Origin: Guillardia theta CCMP2712
Taxonomy: Eukaryota > Protista > Cryptophyta
Length of the DNA: 64,000 nucleotides
Direction: 5' to 3'
Assembly (NCBI RefSeq): GCF_000315625.1
Contig: NW_005434661.1
Location: 108,725-172,724, forward strand
Shown: positions 42,010 through 64,000 of the stretch, in pieces
How the letters are laid out: each line of letters begins with the position of its first letter
Position numbering within the stretch: position 1 is the first letter of the stretch
Position numbers and translations under genes: made by a program
The notes under the pieces: model-generated
Database searches by the model: none
What the model was told of the DNA's origin: nothing
The model's input: the letters and a program-made list of their open reading frames with translations, nothing else

Positions 42010-42740
42010 CAACGAGGCGCAGGGGCAGCGGGGGCTTACCTTGTTCTGACAGCATGCCCGGAATACTCTGATACCTTGCGCTCCTCCCAAACTGATTGCA
42101 GAGGTTAACACACATCACGAGATCCATCTCATGAGGATAAACTATTGCATCTACCATCTCCTCAACAATCATATCCTCGTCCAATCTGCTGTCTCCTCGT
42201 GTTATCTCCTGTATCCTAATCGGACCTTCGTTTCCTTGTATCCTCTTCCCCCTCCCCACCCAGCGTCCCAACATGCCCCCTATCGCTCCCTCTCCCGCGG
42301 CATCTTTCCGGCATGATAGCCATAGGTCATCTTCGTCTTGCCATCTCCTCCCTCTCTGATTCTCTGCCATTTTCATCTCCTCCTCTTCATCACCTCAGCA
42401 TGGTGGCCGCTCCTCGGTAACTATGGGGTGGGGGGTGGAGAAAGGCAAGGTCCTTGCAGTGTTTTCGGGGGTAGTATCCCAGTTTTACGATAGTAAGTTA
42501 GGGGGTAGGGGTACAAGAGCAAAGAATTTTCCTCTGCACACCACCCCTACTGTGGTCTGTGGGGTGTGTGTCTCCCAATGCGGTCGGTATGAGTCTTATC
42601 TACAGCATGGCCGAGAGCTCAAGCTGCTTGCTCGATGCTGCTATGGCTCCCTTGACCCTCGGAGGTTGGTCCCTCTTCTCCTCCTAATACTCCCTCGTCG
42701 CACGCTTCCAATCCATCCTGCCCTCTTACTGCCTCCGCTC

Positions 42741-42836
42741 CCTGTCGTTTTGTTCTTCTCCGTTCCCTGTCGTTTTGTTCTTCTCCGTTCCCTGTCGTTT
42801 TGTTCTTCTCCGTTCCCTGTCGTTGTGTTCTTCTCC
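42741..42836. repeat. 25-bp tandem minisatellite, ~4 copies
   Basis: cctgtcgttttgttcttctccgttc repeated head-to-tail. Confidence 0.9.
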
Positions 42837-42869
42837 CTCTATCATCGTCTGTAAGTTCGAAACCTGTGC

Positions 42870-48166
<5,297 letters not shown>

Positions 48167-48792
48167 AGTGATTCTGGAAAAAGGGGGGTATATTTGTGGG
48201 AAAGTGTATGGTGGGGTGAATGTGATAGGGGGTGAGTAACATTCGGAAAGCGAGGGTCCCTGGCCGAAAAAGGGTCATTTTTCGCGATCAACACCAGGGG
48301 TCACAAGTAGTAGTATCAAAGTACCCCATGTGGTATGCTCGAGAAAGGGGGTAGGTGGTAGTTCTTGGCAGAGAGATTGGCGGGAAAACAGCGGAGGGAG
48401 TGGCGGCCGGGCTCCAGTTGCAGCCGTGTGAAGGTTGTCAGTGACTCCGATCCGGGGCCGGACGCTCGGCCGAGTCACGCGGCTCCGATCCCGGCCCGGG
48501 CAGGCCCGGGACCCACAGTCCGGGCGATCATCCCCCGGCGGGTGAGCCTACTACCGTACGCGGCCCGCCGGCCCACGGTGACCGTGCCAACCGTTGAACT
48601 ACCGGCGTACTGAGGCCAGCAGACTCGAGGCCCTAGTACTGAGCCGTGACCGTGACCGTCATCATGGCATCGAACCGTGTCGGACGGGGCGGCCCGGCCC
48701 GCCACGAGAGTAGGGTCAGGCAACGATAGAACACTTTTAATGCACACATGTCAATTAATAGCCAATGCCGCGCTGACCGAAAAGAAAGATTC

Positions 48793-49794
48793 TCATCTGG
48801 ACCTCTCAGCTGCTGAGGCTGAAGCTCTCGGAACCCCCGGACACTCTTCGAATGGAGTCAGCACAGGAGGTTGAATATCTGATGCCTCCTCCCTGCTCCG
48901 TTCATCAGTCCCCGATACAGCCTCCGAGCCCGCTCCGGATGGTCTCAGAATTGCAGCAAGCCCCGAGCTATCCAGCCGAGCAGGTGGAGCTGCCTGCCTC
49001 AACCCGACCAACCGAGCAAGGTCTGACACAGTCTCCGACAGCACTTCTCCCGTTTGCAGCGCCGCAGCAGGTGTTGCTTCCCCGCCATGCGAGGCTGCAT
49101 CGCCGCCTTCATTCGATGGATGAGCATCGCCCTCTTCGTCCTGCCCCCTCCCGGAGTTGGTCAGGCTCTCAGGAAGAGATGGAGCGTCGCTTCCTTGCCG
49201 CATGCTTCTTGGCTGAGGAGTAGAGGAGGAGGAACCCATGCGCAGGCTAGACCGATGTGCACTTCCAGTGATGGCAGAGGTGCTATGAATGTCGGTCTGC
49301 GCCTGAAACTGTTGCGCAATGCCATGCAGGTCCATGGCAGGTAGAGGCCACCGGATGCCGAGACGTCGCAGGTACTCTGCGCTCACTGGAATCTGGGTAC
49401 CGTCCGACTTGACGAGCACAGGATAGAACCTGACGTTGCCGCTCGCGTCAGTCTCAGTCAGGGGCTCGTCTCCCAGCAACGTGTCCTCCATGGCACCACT
49501 CTGCTGGCTCCCCTCCTCAGGCAGATCGTCGACGCCAGGATCGACATCTCCGGAGGCCGCCATGCGCGCCCCAGCCTCGATGTGCGAGGAGAGGGCAGGA
49601 TCGGACGAGCCTTGCACAAGATCGTTGATCTCGCTTCGCGGGCTGTGATAGATCTTCATCCCTGCAAGCGCGTATGTGGGCCCTTCCCCCTTGCTTGGAG
49701 TCAAGTCGCTTTCTGTTGTTTCTTCATGCCATTCTTCTTCATCATCTGAAAGATCGACAGTCAATGTGAGAGAGTGAAATGAATCCTTCTCCAC
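48793..49794 (-). CDS. Acidic, largely disordered hypothetical protein (probably last exon; true start upstream)
   Basis: 333-codon open frame preceded by a CAG acceptor; no family recognised. Confidence 0.5.
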   Translation of the reverse strand: MEKDSFHSLTLTVDLSDDEEEWHEETTESDLTPSKGEGPTYALAGMKIYHSPRSEINDLVQGSSDPALSSHIEAGARMAASGDVDPGVDDLPEEGSQQSGAMEDTLLGDEPLTETDASGNVRFYPVLVKSDGTQIPVSAEYLRRLGIRWPLPAMDLHGIAQQFQAQTDIHSTSAITGSAHRSSLRMGSSSSTPQPRSMRQGSDAPSLPESLTNSGRGQDEEGDAHPSNEGGDAASHGGEATPAAALQTGEVLSETVSDLARLVGLRQAAPPARLDSSGLAAILRPSGAGSEAVSGTDERSREEASDIQPPVLTPFEECPGVPRASASAAERSR

Positions 49795-50965
49795 CTGCTG
49801 CTTTCGAAATCCGAGGCTTCTTGGCTGGTGACTCCAGATTTATCCTTGTTTGTACTTCAGCCATTTGTTTCTCATCTCCTTAGGGAAGAGCTGCATGTGA
49901 AGTTCAAAAGCATCCACACAATGATATACAACAGGTTTAGATTGGTGTTATCATCGTGTTTACCAGATTTTGGCATGATTCTCCAGACTTCAGTCACCAC
50001 TCATCCTCTTTCATTCTCCTTGTCCGAATACGCCTTCTTTGTTAAACAAAAGTGAGTTGAATGTGTTTTGACAAGGATTCACATTCATCGACAGCCATGA
50101 TTTAAGAAATCTGATGCAATGCTCACAATGTCAACATATGCATCGAAACGGAATAGTTCGATCTCCTCTCAATACCATGACACGATCGCAAGGCAATCAT
50201 GCGGACAAACAGCTCTGATTCTTGAACATCACTTGAGTTCTACACAGCTTCCCAGCATGCACGTGATCAACGATTTGTCGACCCCTTTCATGACTCCCTT
50301 CATGACACCATCACGGGCTCCTCCCCACTGGACATCGCAAGATCCCACAACGAGAGTCCTCCCGAGAGATTCACCCTCTCCTCTCTCCCGCAACATCTCA
50401 CGGCATGCAAGGAAAACCTCGCACAGGCACTTGATACAGCAATACGAACCTCCTCCTATGCTCTGATGGACAGGGGGCCTCCTCCTGCGCGCCGACAGGG
50501 ATCCTCCTCCCCCTCTCCACGGCAATGCTGGCGCGCTCCAACTTCCTCCGCACGTGAAGACGAGTGGCCCAATAGCCCCATACACTCTCCCGCCGGATGA
50601 TACCCGGTGGAAATTAATAAATCCACTCAAAATTAGACGGGCCGGATTGGGTGCGGAGTGTGCAGTCATGGGCTGCTGCCTTTTTTCAGTTTGTAATAAA
50701 GAAGCTGAGGCAAGCTTGATCGATCTCGAATCCAGAAGGAGCGAGCATGATGGATGCCAGAGCGATCGTCGTGACAGGTGTCTCTAAAGAGGAGGAGGAG
50801 GAGGAGAAGGAGGAGGAGGAGGAAGGAAGGAACGAAGGAAGGAAGAAAGGAAGAAAGGAAGGAAGAGGAGAAAGGAAGGAAGAGGAGAAAAGAAAGGAGG
50901 GGAGAGAAGCTGAAGTATAAAAGAGGAGGGAATCGCTGGTGGGAGGGCAGGGCCTTTGTGACATC

Positions 50966-52948
50966 ATGGCGCCCAGCCACTGCTCTGTAAAGTTTCTGAC
51001 ACGATTCACCGCAGTGTGCTTGATTGTCCCGCTCCTCGGCGAGTCGGCTGATCTGCCATCGATATCCCTGCCTAGATCATCGGGACGTTGGCTCTCGCAA
51101 CGAGTTGCGGTGGTAGCATCCAGCGAACCAGTTGCAAACTCGCCCGGAACCTTCAGGGCTCTCGATGCTCCGCTGCGTTGCAGGCTGAGGGGTGGGAAGG
51201 AAGAGTCTCAGACCCCTAGCCTGCAGCTTCCTGTGCTTCGGAACCTCCTGGACTTCTCCACGTCTCTGACCAACGCAAGGTTTCGTTGCACCCGTTAAGG
51301 TTTTGGGTGGGGCATTGACGTTACTGCTAGCTCAGGGCGTCCGAATATCACCTACTCTCAGGAGAGGATGGAATGGCTGAAGGTGATGCTTTGAATTGCA
51401 CGACGGCATGCCTACTCACATACCTCCTCCTCGTGCTCTATGTGTTGTTGCCCTCTGTGCGATGACTGGGGTGATAGGATGCGATGAAGGAGATGCTGGA
51501 AAACACGACAGACGTCTTCAAGACATCTGTGAAGCAGCTCGATCTCAATGAGAGCTCAGGTGTGTCATACTTGCATGATGATTCGAGCCCGGACGAGCAT
51601 GGAAGCTGTAATGTATCGACCACGTTGATCGATCAAACAGAAGAGAACGTGGCGATGAAGGAAAGAGCGTTGGAGGTGATTACTGAGCGAGTGGACAACA
51701 TGGATCTCGCGCTCGGGCTGAACAACCTCGGTGAAGAGGAGGAGGAGGAGGAGGTGGTGGTGGTGAACTGCTGATCAACGTGGCAGGCGGGTTCCAACCA
51801 CTGGTGGATTGTCTCAAGAGCAACCACAGCGGGGTCCGATGGCGGGCAGCAGATGCGATAGCCGTCTCCGTCCAGAACTATCAGAACATGCAGCAGGTCT
51901 GAAAGTTGACACTCTCGTGTTGAGACGACGGTGTTGATACGAGGAGGGAAGATTGCAGTGGAGTACGGCGCTCTCAACCTGCTGACTCAGATGTACGCGA
52001 ACCGAAGTGAAGAGTCCTCGACGAGATACAAGGCAAGGGCGAGAGGCTTTGGAGGGCTCCTGTGTCTCTTGTTTCTTATGGTGGGTTTCTCCTAAAGGCT
52101 CTCCATGCCCTCTCGGCTCTCATCAAGGGGAACTCAACGAGTGAACTCTGGTTTTTGTTCAACAACGGCCTTGCGATGCTGCGGGTTGACATACAGGCAA
52201 GTGGAGGCGATGGAGATTGAGGGTTTACGATGACCTGCGGACAGATAGGAGAGATTCGTATCAAGCGGAAAGCGACTTTCGTCATGTCTCAATTGTGATG
52301 CTCCAACTCACTTCTCCATCATTCTTTGATGGGTCAATCATCCTGTTTGCTTGTCTAGGATCCCTCTTATCCCTTGTCTTCCTGATTTCTGAAAGATAGT
52401 GACTGTTTTTCATTGATCAGACTCAAGTCCAACGCGATGCTGAGGCAAGCTGTTGTGCTGGTAATCATCAGGTCATTGCGAGTCTTCATGATGAGCATCG
52501 CAGGTGGAACGGGGAGACAAAGGAAAGGGAGTGCTCCCAGAGCTCGTCAACCTCCTCATACTTGGAGGAAACACGACAGACTCACAGGTCTTGTGGCCGA
52601 TGATCGTGTCATGCTGGCTGATGAGCTACCAGGTCTTTGAATTTGCCACCTCTGCACTTCTTGCGCTGTCACAGGACCAGGACCAGGAGCAGGTTTAGAC
52701 TACTTTGTGCGCTCTGACGAGCTGAAGAGCATGTCGACAGGCAAAGATGATGAGAGAAGAATTCCCTGGGCTTGTTAAAGTGCTCAAGGAGAGGCAGGAC
52801 ATGCTGCTGCGTGATGGAGGTGGGGGAGGAGCGAGGGAAAGTCACTTAGGTTGCCCTGACAGACATTTGAGCAGCAAAATCAGAAGACGAGGACTTGCAA
52901 GAACTGACTCAGCTCATCGACACATTGCAAGCCCCCCCCGCCAAATGA
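50966..52948 (+). CDS. Multi-exon hypothetical protein with signal peptide and RLRGG-containing presequence
   Basis: MAPSHCSVKFLTRFTAVCLIVPLLGESA...LRCRLRGGKEE; series of short exons with GT-AG introns; ends EDEDLQELTQLIDTLQAPPAK*. Confidence 0.6.
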
Positions 52949-53098
52949 CGTTTGAGGAGCGCAGAATGATCAGATACCTGAAAGAACAAGATTGTGCTCA
53001 ATGGTTCAGCACGACCACAAGCTATCCCCTTCCTCCCTCTCTCGTCCCTTCTCCACGCTCCCTGTCGTCACAGCGATCTCTTCCTCTTCTCGAGCACT

Positions 53099-54208
53099 CT
53101 ACTGAGCAGAGCCCTCTGCTGGAACCATGTACAGGGTGTCCGAAAGCCACGCGCCCGACGCCTTGTCCTGGCTGAACTGCCACCTCATGGTCACCTGGGC
53201 CTTACTGGGCTGGTCGGGGACGCTCTCGACAAACTCGGGAGGAACGCCGTTGATGAGCATCTGCTTGTAGGGAGCTCTTACTTTCACTTCCATGATCTCC
53301 ACCTTGGCTCCCTCGTTGACGAAGGGGCCGCCCAGCGTCTTGATCTTGAAGTCATCGAAGTTGCCCAGGAGGATACTGCGAGGAGGGAGGTGGGTTCAGC
53401 GGGCGTCACAGGGCAGGTCAGGGCCTCACTTGTACTTGGTGTTCTTCATCTGGTTGAAGAAAGTCTCCTCCGGCAGGCTCTTGATCGGGTTGGTGGGCGA
53501 GGTGAACCTGAGGATCGTCTTCAATCCGTTGTCTGGAGCCGGGTCGTTGTTGTTCTTCAACGCTCCCATCAGCAGGGTGACCACGTCTGTGGTTGACAGC
53601 TTGGACGAGGGCTCGGCTCCCGCTGCTCCTTCCTGCCTACCGTCTGATACGAGGTCCACCTTCTCTCCTACTTTAGCCTGGGGCTGGCTAGCAGAGCTCC
53701 TTAGGCCAGGGAGGTTCTCGTTAGCGGCTCGCTGGCTGTGGGAACATCTAGTGAACAACGAGCCTGCAGGCGCATGTCGACCTGTCGAAGAGCCCTTGGA
53801 TCCTGGCTGCCTCTCGACGCAGCTTCTCCAGCTCCTCCTCCTGCATCGACACGCTGACGACGCAGCAACAGCTCTGGCAGAGCTTTACCTCTGTGAGTGC
53901 TCCGGCGCGGCTGGTCGAGAGAGCCAACGTCACAGGCACGACGAGCGACTGGACGAACTTTCTTCTCCCGTTGTTGCCAGGGACTTGGGAGTGCTTGCAA
54001 GAGATCAGACTCGCGTTGCATCGCTCACCACTCACCATCCGTAAGCTCGTGAGTGATGACGCTGCTGTCCTGATCCCCGCAGTGCTGGGGCTGACGACGA
54101 ATCCTGACCCTGGCAACCATGTCGGTGATCGAGCAAGGGATGGGTTACAGAGATACCTGTCTGGAAGAGGAAGGCTTGCAACGCTGTTACAGCCAAGAGG
54201 AAACGCAT
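53099..54208 (-). CDS. Thylakoid-lumen candidate, DUF4864/NTF2-like domain, tripartite presequence (signal + transit + twin-arginine)
   Basis: MRFLLAVTALQAFLFQT|GSGFVVSPS...; NGRRKFVQSLVVPVTLALSTSRAGA-LTE (RR, hydrophobic core, AxA); VV...MGALKNNNDPAPDNGLKTILRFTSPTN...MRWQFSQ...GAWLSD. Confidence 0.7.
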
Positions 54209-56599
54209 CTGTTCAGAAGCAACAAGGTCAACAGCAGGTATTCCTTAATCCTTTCTAGCATCCTTCAAGCATGGTTTCACAGGAGGATGAGAGGAAGAGA
54301 ACACGGAGAGCTCATCAGGTGAACTCATTTCCTTCTCCCACAGCAAACTACAGCTATCTCTTCTTCTCCCGCCCTCGTCGCTCAGCTCGTTGCTGTTCTA
54401 CAGCAAGATGAGGCAAGGCGCACTCGGCCGGGCCGAGCCGCGGGCCGGTCCGAATTTCCCGGCAGCGGCCCGGGCCCGGCGCACCGTCCGACGGTCCGTC
54501 GGCCCAGGCTGACTCCCCGGGCCCGCTGAGGAGCCGAGTCGACGTTCGGAGTTCCGACTCCGTCTCCGAGGGCTCGGACTGAGCCTCGGCGCGGAGAGCC
54601 AGAAGCCGGCAATGAGTTGCCGCAGTGACGCCTGGCGCTGCCGCGCCCCGGTTCCCGGGCCGCTGACGGCGCGGCCCGTCTGAATACCGGGCCGACGGAA
54701 CTCCCGGCAGTTTCCAAGTTCACCCGGGGCCAGTGACCGGCGTACCCGTACGGGTAGTACGGTCCAAGTCCAAACGTCCAAGGATTGAGGCCCGACCGTA
54801 TGATGCCCGGGCCAGACTCCGGCCGGGCGGTGCCCGGCGGGCCTCAGCTCAGTCAGCGGCTCGCCCGGCGCCTCCCGGACGGTCCGGACTCCGGGAGGCT
54901 CGGAGCCGGCCCAAGACTCAGGCTGCGTCTGTGAGCCCCGGGCCCGGCGGCCCCTGAGCCTCGACCTAACATCGAGCGGTTCATGTCAATTTTTTTTCAC
55001 CCCACGGAATCAGTCAAACGTAAGTAAACCCCGTCACACCCCACCCACCAACTTCCGTCCTTCCAGCTCCGAAAACACAGCAGGGGGGGGGGGGGGTAGT
55101 ATTGAACTTTGGGTCACATGACGAGATGTCAGCTTTCCAGGTAGAACTATTGGTAAGAAGCTTTTTCGCAAATATATTCTATGAGAATAGAACTCCGGGC
55201 CGCTGCCCATTGTATTTTTACTATTTTCTCACTCACTATGCCTTCTTGACCTCATGATCTGTAGTAAAGAAGACGGGTTCAATGTCAAAACTTGTACTAC
55301 CCCTCACTGACCTAGACCCTCAGATTGCCTCATATCACCCACCCTTTTGACTTCACCGACTGAACACCTGTACAACTGTACCCCCATCTCACCCCTACCT
55401 TGGTCGTTTAGGGACGAGGTTACGACCCCAGGATATTCATTTTTTAAAATGAAACGATTGAGACTCTTTTTTACTACAAATCCGTGCAATATTACCACAC
55501 GTGGACCTGCTGACGTCCACGAAAGAGGCGGGGGAGATATCTGAGGGTGAGGGTCCGAGATCACGGGTACTTGGATAGTAAAATTTGATGGTAGTCAGAG
55601 TCAAATGTATTGACGGGGTAGGGGTGGAAAAGAGTTGTAAATGACCCCACTCGGCACCTTCCCCCATCTCGTTTGACTATAGAGACCCCACCCTCACCCT
55701 TTCCATATCCTGCACCTCCCCTATCAAAATTAAAACTGGGAGGTGGTACGGGTGGTCAAGTGGTGATGCTGTTATCATTCCTATTCATAAATAAGGGTCA
55801 ATTGGAAGCATTGTCCTGGTCAAAACAGGGTAGGGTAGGTCCATCACCCTTCAGACCCCAGTGTTTACCTTTTTCCTGCACTGGAAAGTACCCGTCCCAC
55901 GGCTTCGGTTGGAGCCCTTTTTGGGCCTATAGTCAAAATTTGCTATATTCACTATAGACCCGCATGGAAGGATACCTACCCCTCCTCAATGGAACCAACC
56001 TCCAACCCCTACCGCAGTACCCGTTTAGAATGGGCACTTGGTAGGGGTACCTCAAGCTTCCCGCCACCTACCAATGCCTCCTGCTCTGATCGAGATGCCG
56101 GCGCATGCCGCATAGCGTCCTGACTCATAACCCCCTGCCCCACTATGCTCCAAACATCTTCTACCAGTTCCTCTCCTTTGATGCTGACGTAGAACGCTCG
56201 TGATAAACTTGTTGGAGGGTGTTGAAGCATTTTGTGCCTTGAGCTCGCTTTCAAACGCTTCTCGCCCCTTGTGTGCGTCTCAGATGGCCACGGGCCCTTC
56301 TGTGTCTCCCCCCTGTTGCTGTTCCCTCATGTTTGATTTGAAACTGTTGTGTTTGCTACCATGCAATCGCTTCGAGCTAGACACACTGATTTGCCCCATG
56401 AACAGGACTGAATTGAAAGTTTTCTTGGAATCCTTGCCCGCCTTCTGGACCTCCGAATCAAAAGCACAACTGGGATTTTTTTTGATTTGTTGGTCATATC
56501 CTACATATATATGCGCTTGATCTTGATCGTCGAAGCAAGCATAAACTGAGCTGAAGCTTTTGCGGGACACGAGAAACACAAGGCTTACTGCTGGCCAAC

Positions 56600-60505
<3,906 letters not shown>

Positions 60506-60876
60506 AGAGGAGGAGGAATTGAAGAGGAGGAGGAGCAGCGGCAGCAGCCGCTGGTTTTGAAGGGGGCCTGCATTGTACATATGGGTTGTGAATATTTTTC
60601 TTAATTTTGGTCAATCAACCATTAACAGGAGTGATCTTTGAAAGACTTTAAATTGAAAATGAATAAGAAATCAAGAAATGGAAGATTGTCTTTTCCCCGC
60701 CTCCTCGCTGCTCCCTTCACTCTCCTCTCCATCCTTCTCCTCCCTTCCCAGTCCGCCTGCTCTCGCTCTGATTCTTCCCCCGGGCTCTCTCGCTCACTCA
60801 GCGACCCTTGTCTCCTTGCTCCTTCCCAGCTCCCTCTCCTCTCCTCATCGCTCTCTCGTAGCTCCTCATCAGGTGG

Positions 60877-63800
60877 CTAGACAGCATGTCTGCAGCAAAC
60901 ACAATCCTCCCCATCGTCAGCGGCACCTCCTCCTGCGTCGAGATCAGTTCGGGTCTCACCATCGCTCACATCACCTTCACCCATCTTCCTTCCTCGTCCA
61001 GGAACCACAGCAGCCTTCCTGCTGGATAGAGCTTGTCGTTGACCATGCTCGCTTCTATTGCCTTCAGGTAGCTCTTCCTCCACATCTCGTCCACCTCTCC
61101 CTCCGCTCTGTCCTTTTCGCCTCCTCCTCCTCCTCCTCCTCCTCCTCCTCCTCCTCCTCCTCCTCCTACCTCTAGCGGTAGCAGACTCTTCATGCGACGC
61201 ATGCACATCCTTACGATCCTCTCGACCGCCTCCTCCTCCTCTGCCAGGAGACAAGCAGCATCGCACACGTCGCAGACGCTGCGAGGAGCGAGTGAGCTCG
61301 TCGCGCCCTCCAGCGCTGAGCCTCACCTGCCGAGGGAGAGGCGGCAGATGACGTCGTCTCGGAGGAGGATGGATGTGATGGACCCACGAACTCTCTCGCT
61401 CAGCTGCTCTGAGACCGAGCAGGGGGCAGCGAAGGCGAAGCAGCGGATCTGAGGGAAGAGCTGCTGCCATCGCGCCGTCAGGAGCGACGCTACTCCTCCT
61501 CCCATGCTGTGACCGACAAGCCTTAGCCCAAAGCCTCTGCAGCCCCTCGTTAGATCCTCTACCCCCCGCTCCCCCTCCCCCTCCCCCTCCCCCTCTGCAT
61601 CCCTCTCTGCCACTTCCTCACCTCGCATCCGTCCTCAACTTCTCCTCAACAGTCTCGCGCAGCTTTGCGTCCATATTCACGGCGCTTTCCCACATACCCT
61701 GGTGCACAAGCGCGTTCTCGAGGCCGAGGAGACGAACGGGGGCGGAGGAGCAGCGAAGGTCGGCAAGCACGTCGGAGACGTCGCGAGTTCCTCTGATTGC
61801 CAGGACAAGGTTGCGAAACTGAATGAAGCAAAGGGGTTGAGAGACAGAAAAACAGGGAGAGAAGGCGGAGGAGGAGGAGGAGGAGGAGGAGGAGGAGGAG
61901 GACAGACAATGTCATTCCCTAGCACCAACAGCATCATCGTCACCTTCTTGTCCAACAAAAGGATAAAACAAGGCTCGTGCAGCTCCGCGCTCGTCCACTC
62001 CTCCTGTATTATACAAGTCTCGTCGAGCTCGAGATCCTGCAAGACAGCGTCCTGGTTGTTGCTGAGTTTGAGATGACAGACAGCAACAACATCACACTTT
62101 GTTTCTCTGCAGAAGTTTCTTGGCATCGACCTTGGAGTCTCCCATCACGATATCGTGAACTTGATCATAAGAATCGTGAGGCAGCAAACCCTCCTGACTT
62201 TTTCCCTCACCTCTCCCGTAACACAGCGATGCCAACCTCGCATATCTGCGCAGCTCCTCGATGTTGATGTCATCGTCGTCTTGCAGGCAGGGAGGGGCTG
62301 TGCAAACCAAAACATTATTGCTCTCGTCGAAAGGGACGCCATCCATCATCATCATCGAAATTATCGAAATCAACATCTTTTTATCAGGTTTATCCTCATC
62401 GTCGCCGTCATGATCATGATCAGCATTAGCATCACAATCGTTTGACTCTTCCTCCTCCTCGACCAAAACTTCCACAGCCACCAACACAATCTCCTTCTCC
62501 TCCGTGAATGGAGTTCTCACGTTCGTTATTCCTCTCCCGTTTCAGCTTGTTTAGGCATCCTTGACAACCGTAGTCGACTTCTTCGATGAACTGAACGATC
62601 GAAGTGTCAGGGATAGCCAACGAAGGAGGTGAGAGTAGAGAAGAATGAGAGAGAAGAGGCGAAAATCTGAGATGATCAGAGAGGTGAGATGAGCGATTGA
62701 GACTGAGACTCTCAGACAAGATTGCGGTCTCAAAACCACAGCAATCAGAATGGAGAACGCGTCACAAACGACAACATCGTTCCCACCTGCAGGCAGGCAA
62801 CTCCAACCAATCCTTTGATCATCTGCCTCGTACTGACGTTCTTGATTTTGTGCTCCACTTGTGTCTTGTAGATGTTCATGATATGCTCCAACATCTTCGA
62901 GCAACGTCACATCATCTGTCTTCTCCCAAAATCGAGAAAGAGCAGCAAACTGAGCGAGTGACAGAGGGGAGGAGATGGTATCGCAGCGACCAGAGAGGAG
63001 CAGGCGGACAGAGTGGAGTGGGGAGAGGGAGAGGACAAAGTGAAAGAAGTTGAGCCAAGGGAAGGAGAAGAAGGAGAAGCAACAGCAAAGAGGATCTTAC
63101 CCAGGCTCCATCTTTTCCTAGGATGATTTCATGTTGTTTCATCGACATCACATTCTTTATCACGTCGAAGAAATCGCTGCTCGCTCTCAAAGATCTCTCA
63201 GTAATGCTGCCTGCTGTACATGGCGTGACTTTTCATCCTTCTACGCCTCCCCCCCCCCTTCTCCCTCTCCCTCTCTTTCTCCTCCTCCCCCTCCTCCTTC
63301 TCTTTCTCCTCCTCCTTCACTTTCCATCTCCCTTCCTCCTCTGCTTCTCTTATCGCATTCCAGCTCCTGTAAATCTCTCACCAGCTGGTGTCAAGTTCAA
63401 GTTCGCCGTCTGTCTGATCCTTTCCAGCCACCGCATCCCTGTGAAAGCTGCGCTTTCCCCCTCCCCCTCCCCATTCCTATCCCCCTCCTCCCCTCTCCCT
63501 CTCTTGCCCCCGAAGACTTGTCCCGCGCTCCTGATCGCGTCGGAGCATCTCGAAGCCAACGGCTCTGCGTGAGGCCGGGCCCAGTCGAGCACGTTCTTTG
63601 CCACTTGCATCGCCGAGCTCCCCTCCAGCATGAAAGGAAAGGACATCCCGGCCTCCCGCACATGACCATTATCCTCTTCCATCTTCTCCTCTTCCTCCAC
63701 TTGTCCCTCCCCCATCGCCCTCCCTGTTGAGGGCTCCATAGTTCGCAGGTCTCAAGGGAGGTTCTGATCTCAGCCCCTCCGATGCTCCGTCGAGTTCTTG

Positions 63801-63930
63801 TTGTAGCCGGACCCTCACATCAGCTGCTTCTGCGTTCCCTGCTAACATGGTCAGCATGAATGCGACTGGCAGTGCTCTCGGCTCCTCGTCGTTGCTTGAT
63901 CCTCCTCGTTCCTCGTGTTCTGCTCCTTTC
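60877..63930 (-). CDS. Class-3 lipase (diacylglycerol lipase-like), multi-exon; 5' end may lie beyond the window
   Basis: VGHSMGGGVASLL nucleophile elbow, HKGMLEGA-like (HQGMWESA), CFAFAAP, DDVICRLS, KLYPAGRL, LRRYARLASLCYG. Confidence 0.85.
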
Positions 63931-64000
63931 CATCCCTCATCTCATGCCGCCCTATTCCCCTCTCCCCTCTCCCCTCTCCCCTCTCCCCTCTCCCCTCTCC

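Noticed and set aside
42741-42836. 25-bp repeats as a CRISPR array
   Set aside because: Units are contiguous with no spacers, there are no cas genes and the context is eukaryotic
63955-64000. (TCTCCCC)n at the window end as a telomere
   Set aside because: Similar pyrimidine tracts occur in introns throughout the window and it abuts lipase coding sequence

Overview
Eukaryotic nuclear DNA, gene-dense, with many 45-50 nt GT-AG introns, purine/pyrimidine microsatellite tracts and several signal peptide + Phe-initiated transit peptides. By inference this is an alga with a complex red-type plastid, most like a cryptophyte (Guillardia theta-like). About 20 protein genes are recognisable: a tandem-DUF179 protein, ribose-5-phosphate isomerase A, a JmjC/NO66-like hydroxylase, three paralogous ~100-aa orphan proteins, TMEM208/SND2, an NAD(P)-binding Tic62-like protein, a beta-helix + degenerate M20 peptidase, glutathione reductase, an intronless helical-bundle/pseudokinase/ARM/RING protein, a TAT-targeted thylakoid protein, a KDM5-like demethylase with an AP2-like domain, and a class-3 lipase. 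The standout is a ~1235-aa spliced gene (27852-31656) with a 6TM-[RelA/SpoT synthetase-like]-6TM-[RelA/SpoT synthetase-like] layout and a discoidin-like ectodomain, i.e. a candidate receptor-type alarmone/nucleotide synthetase built like animal membrane adenylyl cyclases. It lies in a tandem duplication (21916-31833) that also carries a frameshifted half-length sister copy and an LTR-retrotransposon remnant. Intergenic DNA contains two kinds of short-word islands and a family of ~40-45 nt dispersed repeats. All calls come from reading the sequence; no searches were run, and exon boundaries of multi-exon genes are partly approximate.
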